A stretch of DNA of 41,532 nucleotides from Clostridiales bacterium CCNA10 (GTDB lineage: Bacteria; Verrucomicrobiota; Kiritimatiellia; RFP12; UBA1067): positions 1 through 41,532 of the forward strand of contig CAVEVC010000075.1 in NCBI GenBank assembly GCA_963618935.1, read 5' to 3'. The notes below the pieces were generated by a model. The model saw nothing but the letters and a program-made list of their open reading frames with translations, ran no database searches and was not told the DNA's origin. Positions 7,523 through 16,365 of this stretch are shown piece after piece; position 1 is the stretch's first letter; each line of letters opens with the position of its first letter. Both the position numbers and the translations under genes were made by a program.

Positions 7523-10456
7523 ATGCGAACAAGGACATTCTGCGCGGCGGCCGGCCTGGTGGCGGCCGCGGCGGCGCTGACGGGATGCAACGAGGCGGCG
7601 AACGCGCGGCGGACGACGTCCCTCTGCGGCGACGGCTGGCGCTTCGCGAAGGACGCGGGCGGCGCGCTCAAGGCGGAGGCGGCGGACTTCGACGACGCGG
7701 CCTGGCAGGCGGTCGAGGTGCCGCACGACTGGGCGATCTCGGGCCCGTTCAGCCCCGAGGCGGACGGCGGCTCGGGCAAGCTGCCCTGGCGGGGCGTGGG
7801 CTGGTACCGCCGCGCGTTCGCGGTCTCGGCGGAGACGGCCCGCGCCGTGCAGGCGGGCGGCGCGCTCTGGCTGGAGTTCGACGGCGTGATGGCGCGCCCG
7901 GAGGTCTACGTGAACGGCGCCCGCGCGGGCGGGTGGAACTACGGCTACATGGGCTTCCGCGTGGACGTGGCGCCGTTCGTGCGGGAAGGGGAGAACGTCC
8001 TCGCCGTGCGCGCCGACACGCGCGACCACCATTCGCGCTGGTACCCGGGCGCGGGCATCTACCGGGCCGTGCGGCTCGTCGCGGCGCCGGCGGTCCACGT
8101 CGCCCCGGGGACGGCGTTCGTGACGACGCCGGGCGGCGCGCGGGAAAGCGCGAGCGTGCGCGTCGCGTTTGAGGTCACGAACCGCCTCGACGCCGCCGTC
8201 TCGGTGGACGCGGGCGTGCGCCTCGAAGGCGCGGGCGCGAAGGCGGGGGAGGCGAGGCGGATCGGCGCGAAGGGCCGCGCGACGTTCGTCTTCGACCTGG
8301 AGGTGGTGAACCCGCGCCTCTGGGACGTCGAGAGCCCCGCGCTCTACACGGCGGAGGTCGGCGTGCGGGCGAAGGGCGCGCTCGACGCCGAGACGGTGCG
8401 CTTCGGCATCCGCACGGCCGAGTTCACGGCCGACGACGGCTTCCACCTGAACGGACGGCGCGTGCAGCTCAACGGCGTCGACCTCCACTCGGACATGGGA
8501 CCCCTCGGCATGGCCTTCAACCGCAGCGTCATGCGCCGCCAGCTGACGATCATGAAGGACATGGGCGCGAACGCCCTCCGCACGAGCCACAACGCCTGCG
8601 ACCCGCAGGTGCTGGACCTCTGCGACGAGCTCGGCATCGTCGTCTGGAACGAGTGCTTCGACAAGTGGGACGGCACGAGCGGCCGGCGGAAGGGCGAGAG
8701 CCTGGAGGACTACGTGGCGGAGAACCTGCGCGCGTTCGCGCGCCGCGACCGCAACCACCCCAGCGTCGTCGTCTGGTCGATCGGCAACGAGATCACGCCG
8801 AACGGCTGGGACTGGGGCGGGAAGAACCCGAAGGCGCAGGACGGCATGAGCGCCGAGCGCTTCCGCCTCTTCCGCGCCGCGATCCGCGAGCTCGACCCGA
8901 CGCGCCCCGTCGGCATCGGCTGCTGCCACGGCCAGGCCGTCGACACGGGCATGTTCGCGGAGCTGGACCTGACGGGCTGGAACTACGGCGCGCAGTACCG
9001 CAAGGTCAAGGCGCGCCACCCCGACAAGCCCGTCGTCTACTCCGAGAGCGCGAGCGCGCTCAGCAGCAGCGGCTTCTACGAGCAGCCCCCGGCGGCGACG
9101 AAGACGGACTACGCCGTCGCGCGGCGCGAGGTGGGCGCCTACGAGCACAACGCCGCCCCCTGGAGCGACATCCCGGACGTCGAGTTCGCGCGCATGGAGG
9201 AGGACCGCTACTGCGCGGGGGAGTTCGTCTGGACGGGCATCGACTACCTCGGCGAGCCGACGCCCTACGTGCAGGGCGGCTCGTTCCCGATGATGAAGGA
9301 CCTCAAGAAGGGCGAGCTCGCGCGCAGCTCCTACTTCGGCGTCGCGGACCTCATGGGCCTGCCGAAGGCGCGCTACTGGCTCTACCGCTCGCACTGGAAC
9401 AGGAAGGACAGCACGGTGCAGGTCACCCCGCACTGGAACTGGCCCGATCCCGCGTCCAAGGCGGGCCCGCCCGCCGCCGTCCCCGTCTACGTCTACACGG
9501 ACGGCGACGAGGCCGAGCTGTTCCTGAACGGCCAGTCGCTCGGGCGCCGGCGGAAGGGCGTGTCGCAGCGCCCGGCGAACTTCGCGGCGGGCAGGCCCGT
9601 GGACGCGAGCAGCGTCGAACGGCGCGGCGACCGGGTCAACGCCCCGTCCCACGCGGTCGACGGCGAAGACGGCACGCGCTGGTGCGCGAGCGGGCCCGAG
9701 AAGGGCGCCTGGTGGCAGGTCGACCTCGGCGCCGTGCGCGCGTTCCGCACCGTCCTCGTCTCGGGCGAGCAGGCGGACGGCAACTACGCCTGGACGGTCC
9801 GCGTCTCCGACGACGGCAAGGCCTGGCGCGACTTCGCGAAGAAGCCGCTGGGCGCGGCGCAGAAGCCCGTCGCCGGCACGGCGGCGCGCGCCCGGTTCGT
9901 GCGCGTCGTCTTCGACGACCTGCGGGACGGGACGTGGCCGTCCATCCGCGAGGTCGTCGTGAGCGACTGCGCGGATGCGTTCCGCCTCAACCCCTACTAC
10001 GACGTGTGCGACCGCTACCGCCTGCGCTGGTTCGACGTGCCCTACCGCCCGGGCGAGCTGAAGGCCGTCGCCTACAAGGGCGGGTCGCCGATCGGCGAGG
10101 CCGTGGTGCGCACGGCCGAGAAGCCCGTCGCGGTGAAGCTCGCCGCCGAGGCGGCCGCGCTGCCGGCCGACGGCGAGACGTGCGTCTTTGTGCAGGTCGA
10201 CGTGGTGGACGCGAAGGGGACGCGCGACCCGTGGGCGACGGACCGCGTGTCGTTCGAGCTGACCGGCCCGGGGAAGATCCTCGCCGTCGGCAACGCCGAC
10301 CCGCGCGCCCACGAGGCGTTCACGAAGGTCGATTCGCACCCGCTCTACTTCGGCAAGGCCGTCGCCGTCGTGCGGCGCGACAAGGGCGCCGCCGGGCCCA
10401 TCGTCCTGAAGGCCGCCGTCAAGGGCCTGAAGCCCGCCGAGGTCGAATTCCGCTAG
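7523..10456 (+). CDS. glycoside hydrolase family 2 lipoprotein with a discoidin (F5/8 type C)-like domain
   Basis: The track ORF 7271-10456 was trimmed to the ATG at 7523. It has a lipoprotein signal MRTRTFCAAAGLVAAAAALTGC. The GH2 sugar-binding, Ig and TIM layout includes NHPSVVVWSIGNE (acid/base Glu). A later segment, DGEDGTRWCAS..WWQVDLG, is typical of F5/8 type C domains. Confidence 0.85.
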   Translation: MRTRTFCAAAGLVAAAAALTGCNEAANARRTTSLCGDGWRFAKDAGGALKAEAADFDDAAWQAVEVPHDWAISGPFSPEADGGSGKLPWRGVGWYRRAFAVSAETARAVQAGGALWLEFDGVMARPEVYVNGARAGGWNYGYMGFRVDVAPFVREGENVLAVRADTRDHHSRWYPGAGIYRAVRLVAAPAVHVAPGTAFVTTPGGARESASVRVAFEVTNRLDAAVSVDAGVRLEGAGAKAGEARRIGAKGRATFVFDLEVVNPRLWDVESPALYTAEVGVRAKGALDAETVRFGIRTAEFTADDGFHLNGRRVQLNGVDLHSDMGPLGMAFNRSVMRRQLTIMKDMGANALRTSHNACDPQVLDLCDELGIVVWNECFDKWDGTSGRRKGESLEDYVAENLRAFARRDRNHPSVVVWSIGNEITPNGWDWGGKNPKAQDGMSAERFRLFRAAIRELDPTRPVGIGCCHGQAVDTGMFAELDLTGWNYGAQYRKVKARHPDKPVVYSESASALSSSGFYEQPPAATKTDYAVARREVGAYEHNAAPWSDIPDVEFARMEEDRYCAGEFVWTGIDYLGEPTPYVQGGSFPMMKDLKKGELARSSYFGVADLMGLPKARYWLYRSHWNRKDSTVQVTPHWNWPDPASKAGPPAAVPVYVYTDGDEAELFLNGQSLGRRRKGVSQRPANFAAGRPVDASSVERRGDRVNAPSHAVDGEDGTRWCASGPEKGAWWQVDLGAVRAFRTVLVSGEQADGNYAWTVRVSDDGKAWRDFAKKPLGAAQKPVAGTAARARFVRVVFDDLRDGTWPSIREVVVSDCADAFRLNPYYDVCDRYRLRWFDVPYRPGELKAVAYKGGSPIGEAVVRTAEKPVAVKLAAEAAALPADGETCVFVQVDVVDAKGTRDPWATDRVSFELTGPGKILAVGNADPRAHEAFTKVDSHPLYFGKAVAVVRRDKGAAGPIVLKAAVKGLKPAEVEFR

Positions 10457-10480
10457 GCGCCGCGCGGGATGCCGCCCTCG

Positions 10481-10515
10481 GGCGGCCCGCCCTCTCTTGG
10501 CGGGCCGCCTTTCTT
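10481..10515 (+). terminator. rho-independent terminator of the GH2 gene
   Basis: Perfect 11-bp stem GGCGGCCCGCC (10481-10491) / GGCGGGCCGCC (10499-10509) with loop ctctctt, followed by TTTCTT (10510-15). It marks the last high-GC sequence before the island. Confidence 0.8.
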
Positions 10516-10650
10516 ATGCTATACCAACGCGCGCTTCAGCACCGTTGTGGCAAGCACGCTTGAATTCAGACGACACCGCACCAGCTCTCTGCGAGAGGCA
10601 GAACGCAAAAACTGCATCTGCCAGTAAATAAGGATTAAAAACAGAATTGT

Positions 10651-11670
10651 TCATTGAAGCGAGCCTTCCTCTGGCTGCCTCGGTTTTTTAGGCTCGAGAT
10701 TTGTATCGTTAGAGGTTGGGTTGTAGATGGAAAGAAACTTCAACGCCGCGCCTCTTTTCCCCCCAGCGAACTGGACATGGCAAATCTGAAAATAATTTGC
10801 CGCCTTAAGTGTGCCATCCTCGTTCAACTTGCATCTGCTTCTGATAACAAGAACTTTTGACGGATCAAACAATTCCCGTTCATATCCTATGACATTTCCC
10901 CGCTTGTCGCGGCCGGCAACACGTTCCGAATAGGAAAATTCCGTCTTGTAATCTTCGTTGGTATTGGCAGTATAGATACCAATGTATTCGCTCCCGTGCG
11001 TCTTTGTCGCATAGTATCCGCCCGCGTATTTTTCTGTGAACCGCATTTTCAAGGCCATCCCTTTATACTCTTTATTATGCCATAGCCCGTCCCAATCAAA
11101 CATAACCTCCACATCAGAAGCGGTGCCGATGCCATACGGTTTTACAAAATCGTACTTCATCAAATCAAACCCAATCCACTTCTGCAGTTCCATGGTCCTT
11201 TTCCACTCTGGAGCATTGGCGATTCGTGCCTGTGGATTTTTTATGGGCAGTAATACGATTTTCCTAGCCATACCCCAAGGCTGCCATTTTGAGCCTTTTA
11301 CTTCATGTTCATGCCCCATACTGATGAAACTGACAAAATCGTTCGACCGATAATATCCTTCTCGCGAGACTTCTATTTCCAATGCCCCTTTCGTTTTCCC
11401 CTCGACCGCACAAACGCCATTAGCGTCTGTCTGGGTAATCACCCGCCGTCCTTTGGAACGGTCGGCCATATCGAAGAAAACATTGACGACGGCATCTTTA
11501 ACGGGGTCTCCCACGTCGTCCACAATTCTAAACTCAACCCTTGCCCATGCTCCTTTGTCATATGCTTTCTGGAAATCCGTGAGGTCGATTCCAGGCAAGG
11601 CGCATACTGGTAAAGCCCATAATGCCAGCATTGACATCAAGCAACCGTTAGCAAAGCCTCCTCTTTTCAT
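10651..11670 (-). CDS. secreted hypothetical protein (candidate partner or immunity protein of the giant hydrolase)
   Basis: 339 aa, low-GC codon usage. N-terminal signal peptide MKRGGFANGCLMSMLALWALPVCALPG. A segment RVEFRIVDDVGDPVKDAVVNVFF..TDANGVCAVEG resembles carboxypeptidase-regulatory-like beta-sandwich domains. Its start ATG overlaps the stop of the upstream gene (ATGA at 11667-11670). Confidence 0.8.
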   Translation of the reverse strand: MKRGGFANGCLMSMLALWALPVCALPGIDLTDFQKAYDKGAWARVEFRIVDDVGDPVKDAVVNVFFDMADRSKGRRVITQTDANGVCAVEGKTKGALEIEVSREGYYRSNDFVSFISMGHEHEVKGSKWQPWGMARKIVLLPIKNPQARIANAPEWKRTMELQKWIGFDLMKYDFVKPYGIGTASDVEVMFDWDGLWHNKEYKGMALKMRFTEKYAGGYYATKTHGSEYIGIYTANTNEDYKTEFSYSERVAGRDKRGNVIGYERELFDPSKVLVIRSRCKLNEDGTLKAANYFQICHVQFAGGKRGAALKFLSIYNPTSNDTNLEPKKPRQPEEGSLQ

Positions 11671-14600
11671 TCGAGTTCTCCTTCTTCTTTGATTTTCTCA
11701 AAAAACCTAAACACGAAAAAATATGCCATGTCCTTTATGTCGGAATGCAGCCATCTGTCGCCCCAGCTCCCGAACAGTCCATTGGGACGCGAGACCCAAC
11801 CATTGGGGCGAGATATGCCATTTTGCGTCTCATCAGTAGAGTTTAAGTTGTACATCGAGTCGTTCATTGAATATGGCCCCCATTTCATGGCGCCGCTTGC
11901 CGGCGTTCTTGATGGTATGCCCTTTGCGAGAAGCGCTCCTCGCAATAAAAGAGGGAGGGAGTTCGTGTTCATGCTCGCGGGTTGAAGTTTGAATACGGTG
12001 CTGGTCTTCAACTCCGCCAACGACATCTCCCACGCATGAGTCGGCTGTATCGTGTTATAGCCCAATGCATTTTCACGAATGCCCCAACCAGCCCAATCAG
12101 TTGTTCCCGTTCGGGCGACTAGGCCCTTGCGTCCTTTCCACAGTTCCTGCTTGTGCCATGAGTAATGCTCGAACATCTGATCCCAGTTCTCATACCCGTC
12201 AATAGCCCAGATGTTGTTGTTGCGTTCAAGTTCAAGAACATGGTCACCGGTGGAATAGAAGTTCACCGCGTAATCTGCGACATCGGCAAATCTGCCACCC
12301 CACGTCAGCAATTGCCTATCATCCCCAGCCTCTTCTTCAAAGCACTTATACCACTCGTTGGCAAACGCCGTTCTTGGATATTCGTTCCAATCCTTATGGA
12401 CGAGAACATTGGTCGGAGTCAAAGTCGTATCATACGCCTCCGCAGGGACGGCGGAGTTGCACATGATGTACTTCGACACCTGCAGCCCATAGTCTTGTAT
12501 CATCGACGAGACGACCATGTTGCCGAGCGAATGCGCCATAATGACCTTGTCGCCTTGGATGTTAGAGAGAATCGGTGCAAGTTGGCTTGCAACAACGAAG
12601 GCATTGGACGCATTTTCGTGGTAGTTCGCCGGGGCTCCGATGTTGCTTCGCCAATCGACATTGTAGAAATCTGCGTGGATGCCGGAAACCCACAGCCGCT
12701 TGAAGAGTATGTCGCCCCAGGATTCGGCCTGCGCTTCGCTGACATTTGCGCCGTGCAGGAAGATGAGGGATTTCGTGTTCTGATCATCCCATATACTATG
12801 GACTGCCGTTGAGCGGATGACGCTGTCATCGGACAGCTGCCGGCTGTTTATCCAACTGTACATCTGCTTCACGGGCAGAATCGTCATGGGCACGGAGTAT
12901 GTGTATAGCAGCTCATCGCCCACTTTTATGTCAATGCGCATTAAGGCGTACGAGGATTTCGCCTCGCACACCATAAGCCCCGAATTCTCCGAGAACTGGC
13001 TGATGGCCGAGTACGGAAGTTCAACTCCACCAACCGGCAGCGCGAGAAGAGATGCGGAGGACAAAGGTTGTCCTGCAAGGGTTGTGGCGTTCATGGTCTG
13101 CACGGAACCGGCAACGTTCCACGGAATGTCAGCAAGGCAGAAGTTGAATGAGTTTGTGTTGCCCCATTCGGGCTTGATCTCATACGAGACTCGATCGCCC
13201 CATGCCGCCTTGAATTTCTCCAAGTCCAAGGCGACGGGGAAGAAATTTATCAAGTCAAACGTACCATTGACAACAAGGTCTGAGGAATTCGCCTTCGTGT
13301 AATCCCTGTTAGGGACAATATAATCCCCATATATCTTGTCCTCGTTAACCCAGTAGTAGAACGTACGGTTGTCGAACCAGGCAGCCGAGTCGCCATCGTC
13401 GATGGAACCGTCGCGGCTGATGTCGAGACGCATCGGCGGGCGCAGCGATGTGATGCGCTGGACTGCCTGGTCCTGCACAAACTTTCCGTCGACCACGTTC
13501 CAATAGCGGAACACGAGACTGACCGCACCTGGGGTGGACGAAGTGATGTAGATTGGGAGCTCGGAGGATTCTCCACTGGTTGCGCGTTTCATCAGGGCTT
13601 TCCAGTAGGCCATTGGAAGGTCTTTCATGGGCGTAGTATCCGTGTCCAGAAGCTTGCGATAGTTCCACGTGCGCCGGTCGTAGTACCAGATCTTGAACTG
13701 GCCGGTCGCGTTCGCAAGTTCGAGATGGACATTGCCGTCCGGGAGCTTGACGTTCGTGACGAGGCGCAGGGTCGGCGCATGCCACAGGTTCGTGCAGACT
13801 GCCATGGGATAGCCGAAGCCGCTGTTTAGCGCGTTGTACGTCGGCAGATTCACTTCGCTGTCGCCCTTGATCGCGATGCCGAGCACGGTCTTGTTGCGCT
13901 GCTGGTAGATTTCCCCGTTGCGGGAGAAAGCGAGTATCGCGTCACCCACGGCCGAGCTCGGGTAGACTCCCGCAAGGTTGACGTCGCATGAGGTCTCCGT
14001 CTTGCTGAAGTTCTTGCCGTTCGAGTCGATGAGGCGCAGCCGGTAGGACTTGTAAGCCACGCCCACGTAGTTCGTCCAGTGGTCGGGACACGGACAGCAG
14101 TTCCGACGTTCGGTTGATACGTCGAGGTGTATCTGCTCGTAGAACGGAGGATCGCGGATGTACAGGACACCGCCGAGATGCTGGACGTTCCGCACGGAAT
14201 TCGTGTAGTCATCCTCGTGGAGGTGGGCGCATTGATCGTATGGGCAGGAATGTGTCGGGCATTCATCGTCAAAGTCGGTATCGTCAATTGGATTGGGTTC
14301 GCCTCCCTGATTGCCGCAGTCGAAACTGCACCATCCGTCGCACGCTCCCCAATAGCAGCGCCAATGCTCGTCATGGTTGTCGTCGGTTTCGTCGGAATCG
14401 TCGCCGTCGCCATCTGAATACCACGGCGGGTCTTCCGGCTGGTCGGGATTCTCCGAATCTGGATCGGGCGGGCGAGGACAGAAGCGGACAGTCTGATTAT
14501 ATGTAGTCTGCCCAAAGAGATACTGCGGATGTGCAAGTGTGTAGGTAATGCCGCCGGTGCTTCTTGCGGAGAAATTGCCGGTGATTGTCGCCGACCGTGG

Positions 14601-16361
14601 AGGATGGTTCTCGGCTTCAACATTATTTCCGCCCTGCCATGTGCAGCTCAATTGCCCGGCATCGCGGCTCGCCGGCAAGCTAACGCTTTTCTTCCTGGCG
14701 TTGAAATCGTGGATGCACGGTGTCGTCGCCACCGTGTTTGGGAAGTTGATGCGTCCAAAAGAGTTGAATGACGGCAGGACGCCAAATGCGAAATCCGCCG
14801 AATCGAGAGCGACCTGCAGCATGGGATCGCCACGCAGATAGAGCGGATACGTTTCGCCTTTCACTATCTGCACCAGCAGGGTTGTTTGTGGCGGTGCGGG
14901 AGTCAGCAGCCTCAATTGCGGTGCGCCCTGCGGCTGTTGTGACGGCGGAACAAGCGGAACGACTTGGTCGCCCACTATCAAATCGCCCGTACCGGAGCCG
15001 GACACGGACACACGAAGAACGGCCACGCTGTCGGATGATTGCGGATAGGCAAACGCTCCATTTGTGCTGCCGGAGTAGAACACGTGTTCGAGGGCTGTGT
15101 TCGTCGAGCCTTCTGGGTAGGCGAACGGATGGATTTCGCCAATCTTGAGCGCCATGCCATCAGAATAGGTGTCGTTTACGGAATGCGGATTCAACGGATC
15201 GGCGCGATAGATGAAGAGCTCTTCGCAATCCGAAAGCCCGTCATAGTCCGTGTCGGGGTTGTGGGGATTTGTGCCGTAGACGAAGAGCTCGTCGATTGTC
15301 GGCAAGCCGTCACCGTCCCAGTCTTGATTAGTCATATCCTCCTCGGAGAGAGGATAAAATGCCATCGATGTGATGTTTGTCGGAATCGAGTTGGTAGACC
15401 ACTCGTTGCCGCCGAATGCCGCGCCTACGAGGATGTTTGTGGCGGTGTCCGTGTTCAGCCGCGAGAGGTCGTAGCGGTAGATGAACTGGCCGTCCGGCTT
15501 GAACTCTGCCTGGAACGAGAGCGTGGCATCGGTGTCGCGGTCAAGAAGAGCGTTCTGCCAAGTCATGAGGAACGAGTTCCAGGGAGTGATTGCGTACCAC
15601 ACTTGGCTTGGCTTGTCGGCTTCGGCGAGCCAGTCCCAGTTCGCCTCCGGCACGATACCGAGCGAGGCCGTGATCGGGGCGAACCAGTAGTTTGCGGCGA
15701 TTGTGCCGCCGGTCTCGCGTATCAACGGCTCGATCTTGCCGAAAGCATAGACGCGCAGCCGATTCACCTCGTTTGTGGAGACTTGGAACGCCCAGTTCGT
15801 GAGTGCCACGTAAATCCAGTCCGTCGCCGCACCGAACGCCCGCCAGTCTGAGACGATGGTCGCGTCGGCAATCGGCGAGAAGTCGAACTGCTCGTCCGCC
15901 CCGATGCGTGTCTGGACAAAACCTCGCTCGAAGTCGGCGGCGGTGATCGTGCGCATTGTGTTCGTCGACGTGATGATGTCAATGTCGGGGAGATCGGGCA
16001 TTGCGCCGCTGTTCAGCGGCTGAAACCCGATGTGCTGTGCGCCTATTTCGGATTGCCGCTGTACGGCTCCCTGCGAAAGTCCGCCTGACGGCATGACCAT
16101 CTGCGGGACATTGTTCGTTCCGCCGCTGCCGTCGCCGTCACCATCTCCGCCACCGCCGCCCGGCTTGACGCTGGCGAAAACCCATAATGCGATGAAGAGC
16201 GAGCCGAGGATGATGCGCCCGGCCTTTGTCTGCTTCTTGAAGAACGCCGCGAAGTCCCGCAGCGGATGGACGTTTTTCTCGCGGCAGACGAGGATCAGCC
16301 ACGCGCAGAAGAACATCCACGCGGAAAACAGCAAGGCGCCCGTCCAGACCTTCGCAATCAT
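11667..16361 (-). CDS. giant (1564 aa) membrane-anchored multidomain protein with TSP3-like Ca-binding repeats and a C-terminal alpha/beta-hydrolase (lipase/esterase-like) domain
   Basis: There are two N-terminal hydrophobic helices (aa 7-26 and 48-65), then a GGGGGDGDGDGSGG linker. DWDGDGLPTIDELFVYGTNPHNPDTDYDGLSDCEELFIYRADPLNP (aa 347-392, nt 15186-15323) matches thrombospondin type 3-like repeats. An acidic Cys/His-rich block spans aa 631-765 (nt 14067-14471). The C-terminal domain has LIFLHG (oxyanion HG), a nucleophile elbow MAHSLGN (Ser1278, codon 12528-12530), STGDHV (Asp1373) and RWLHSD (His1539). Confidence 0.85.
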   Translation of the reverse strand: MIAKVWTGALLFSAWMFFCAWLILVCREKNVHPLRDFAAFFKKQTKAGRIILGSLFIALWVFASVKPGGGGGDGDGDGSGGTNNVPQMVMPSGGLSQGAVQRQSEIGAQHIGFQPLNSGAMPDLPDIDIITSTNTMRTITAADFERGFVQTRIGADEQFDFSPIADATIVSDWRAFGAATDWIYVALTNWAFQVSTNEVNRLRVYAFGKIEPLIRETGGTIAANYWFAPITASLGIVPEANWDWLAEADKPSQVWYAITPWNSFLMTWQNALLDRDTDATLSFQAEFKPDGQFIYRYDLSRLNTDTATNILVGAAFGGNEWSTNSIPTNITSMAFYPLSEEDMTNQDWDGDGLPTIDELFVYGTNPHNPDTDYDGLSDCEELFIYRADPLNPHSVNDTYSDGMALKIGEIHPFAYPEGSTNTALEHVFYSGSTNGAFAYPQSSDSVAVLRVSVSGSGTGDLIVGDQVVPLVPPSQQPQGAPQLRLLTPAPPQTTLLVQIVKGETYPLYLRGDPMLQVALDSADFAFGVLPSFNSFGRINFPNTVATTPCIHDFNARKKSVSLPASRDAGQLSCTWQGGNNVEAENHPPRSATITGNFSARSTGGITYTLAHPQYLFGQTTYNQTVRFCPRPPDPDSENPDQPEDPPWYSDGDGDDSDETDDNHDEHWRCYWGACDGWCSFDCGNQGGEPNPIDDTDFDDECPTHSCPYDQCAHLHEDDYTNSVRNVQHLGGVLYIRDPPFYEQIHLDVSTERRNCCPCPDHWTNYVGVAYKSYRLRLIDSNGKNFSKTETSCDVNLAGVYPSSAVGDAILAFSRNGEIYQQRNKTVLGIAIKGDSEVNLPTYNALNSGFGYPMAVCTNLWHAPTLRLVTNVKLPDGNVHLELANATGQFKIWYYDRRTWNYRKLLDTDTTPMKDLPMAYWKALMKRATSGESSELPIYITSSTPGAVSLVFRYWNVVDGKFVQDQAVQRITSLRPPMRLDISRDGSIDDGDSAAWFDNRTFYYWVNEDKIYGDYIVPNRDYTKANSSDLVVNGTFDLINFFPVALDLEKFKAAWGDRVSYEIKPEWGNTNSFNFCLADIPWNVAGSVQTMNATTLAGQPLSSASLLALPVGGVELPYSAISQFSENSGLMVCEAKSSYALMRIDIKVGDELLYTYSVPMTILPVKQMYSWINSRQLSDDSVIRSTAVHSIWDDQNTKSLIFLHGANVSEAQAESWGDILFKRLWVSGIHADFYNVDWRSNIGAPANYHENASNAFVVASQLAPILSNIQGDKVIMAHSLGNMVVSSMIQDYGLQVSKYIMCNSAVPAEAYDTTLTPTNVLVHKDWNEYPRTAFANEWYKCFEEEAGDDRQLLTWGGRFADVADYAVNFYSTGDHVLELERNNNIWAIDGYENWDQMFEHYSWHKQELWKGRKGLVARTGTTDWAGWGIRENALGYNTIQPTHAWEMSLAELKTSTVFKLQPASMNTNSLPLLLRGALLAKGIPSRTPASGAMKWGPYSMNDSMYNLNSTDETQNGISRPNGWVSRPNGLFGSWGDRWLHSDIKDMAYFFVFRFFEKIKEEGELE

Positions 16362-16365
16362 GGCA

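Noticed and set aside
10514-10523. TGCTATAC occurs at both island borders (10516-10523 and 17047-17054). It was considered as a target-site duplication or att site, or as an orphan promoter left by the insertion.
   Set aside because: Only 8 nt match, and that string is simply the organism's common extended -10 box, which occurs at least five more times in the window. There is no longer flanking identity and no recombinase gene. It remains possible, but the sequence does not support it.
16118-16165. A GC-rich patch inside the low-GC island was considered as a possible second island boundary or inserted element.
   Set aside because: It simply encodes the GGGGGDGDGDGSGG linker of the giant protein, in frame.
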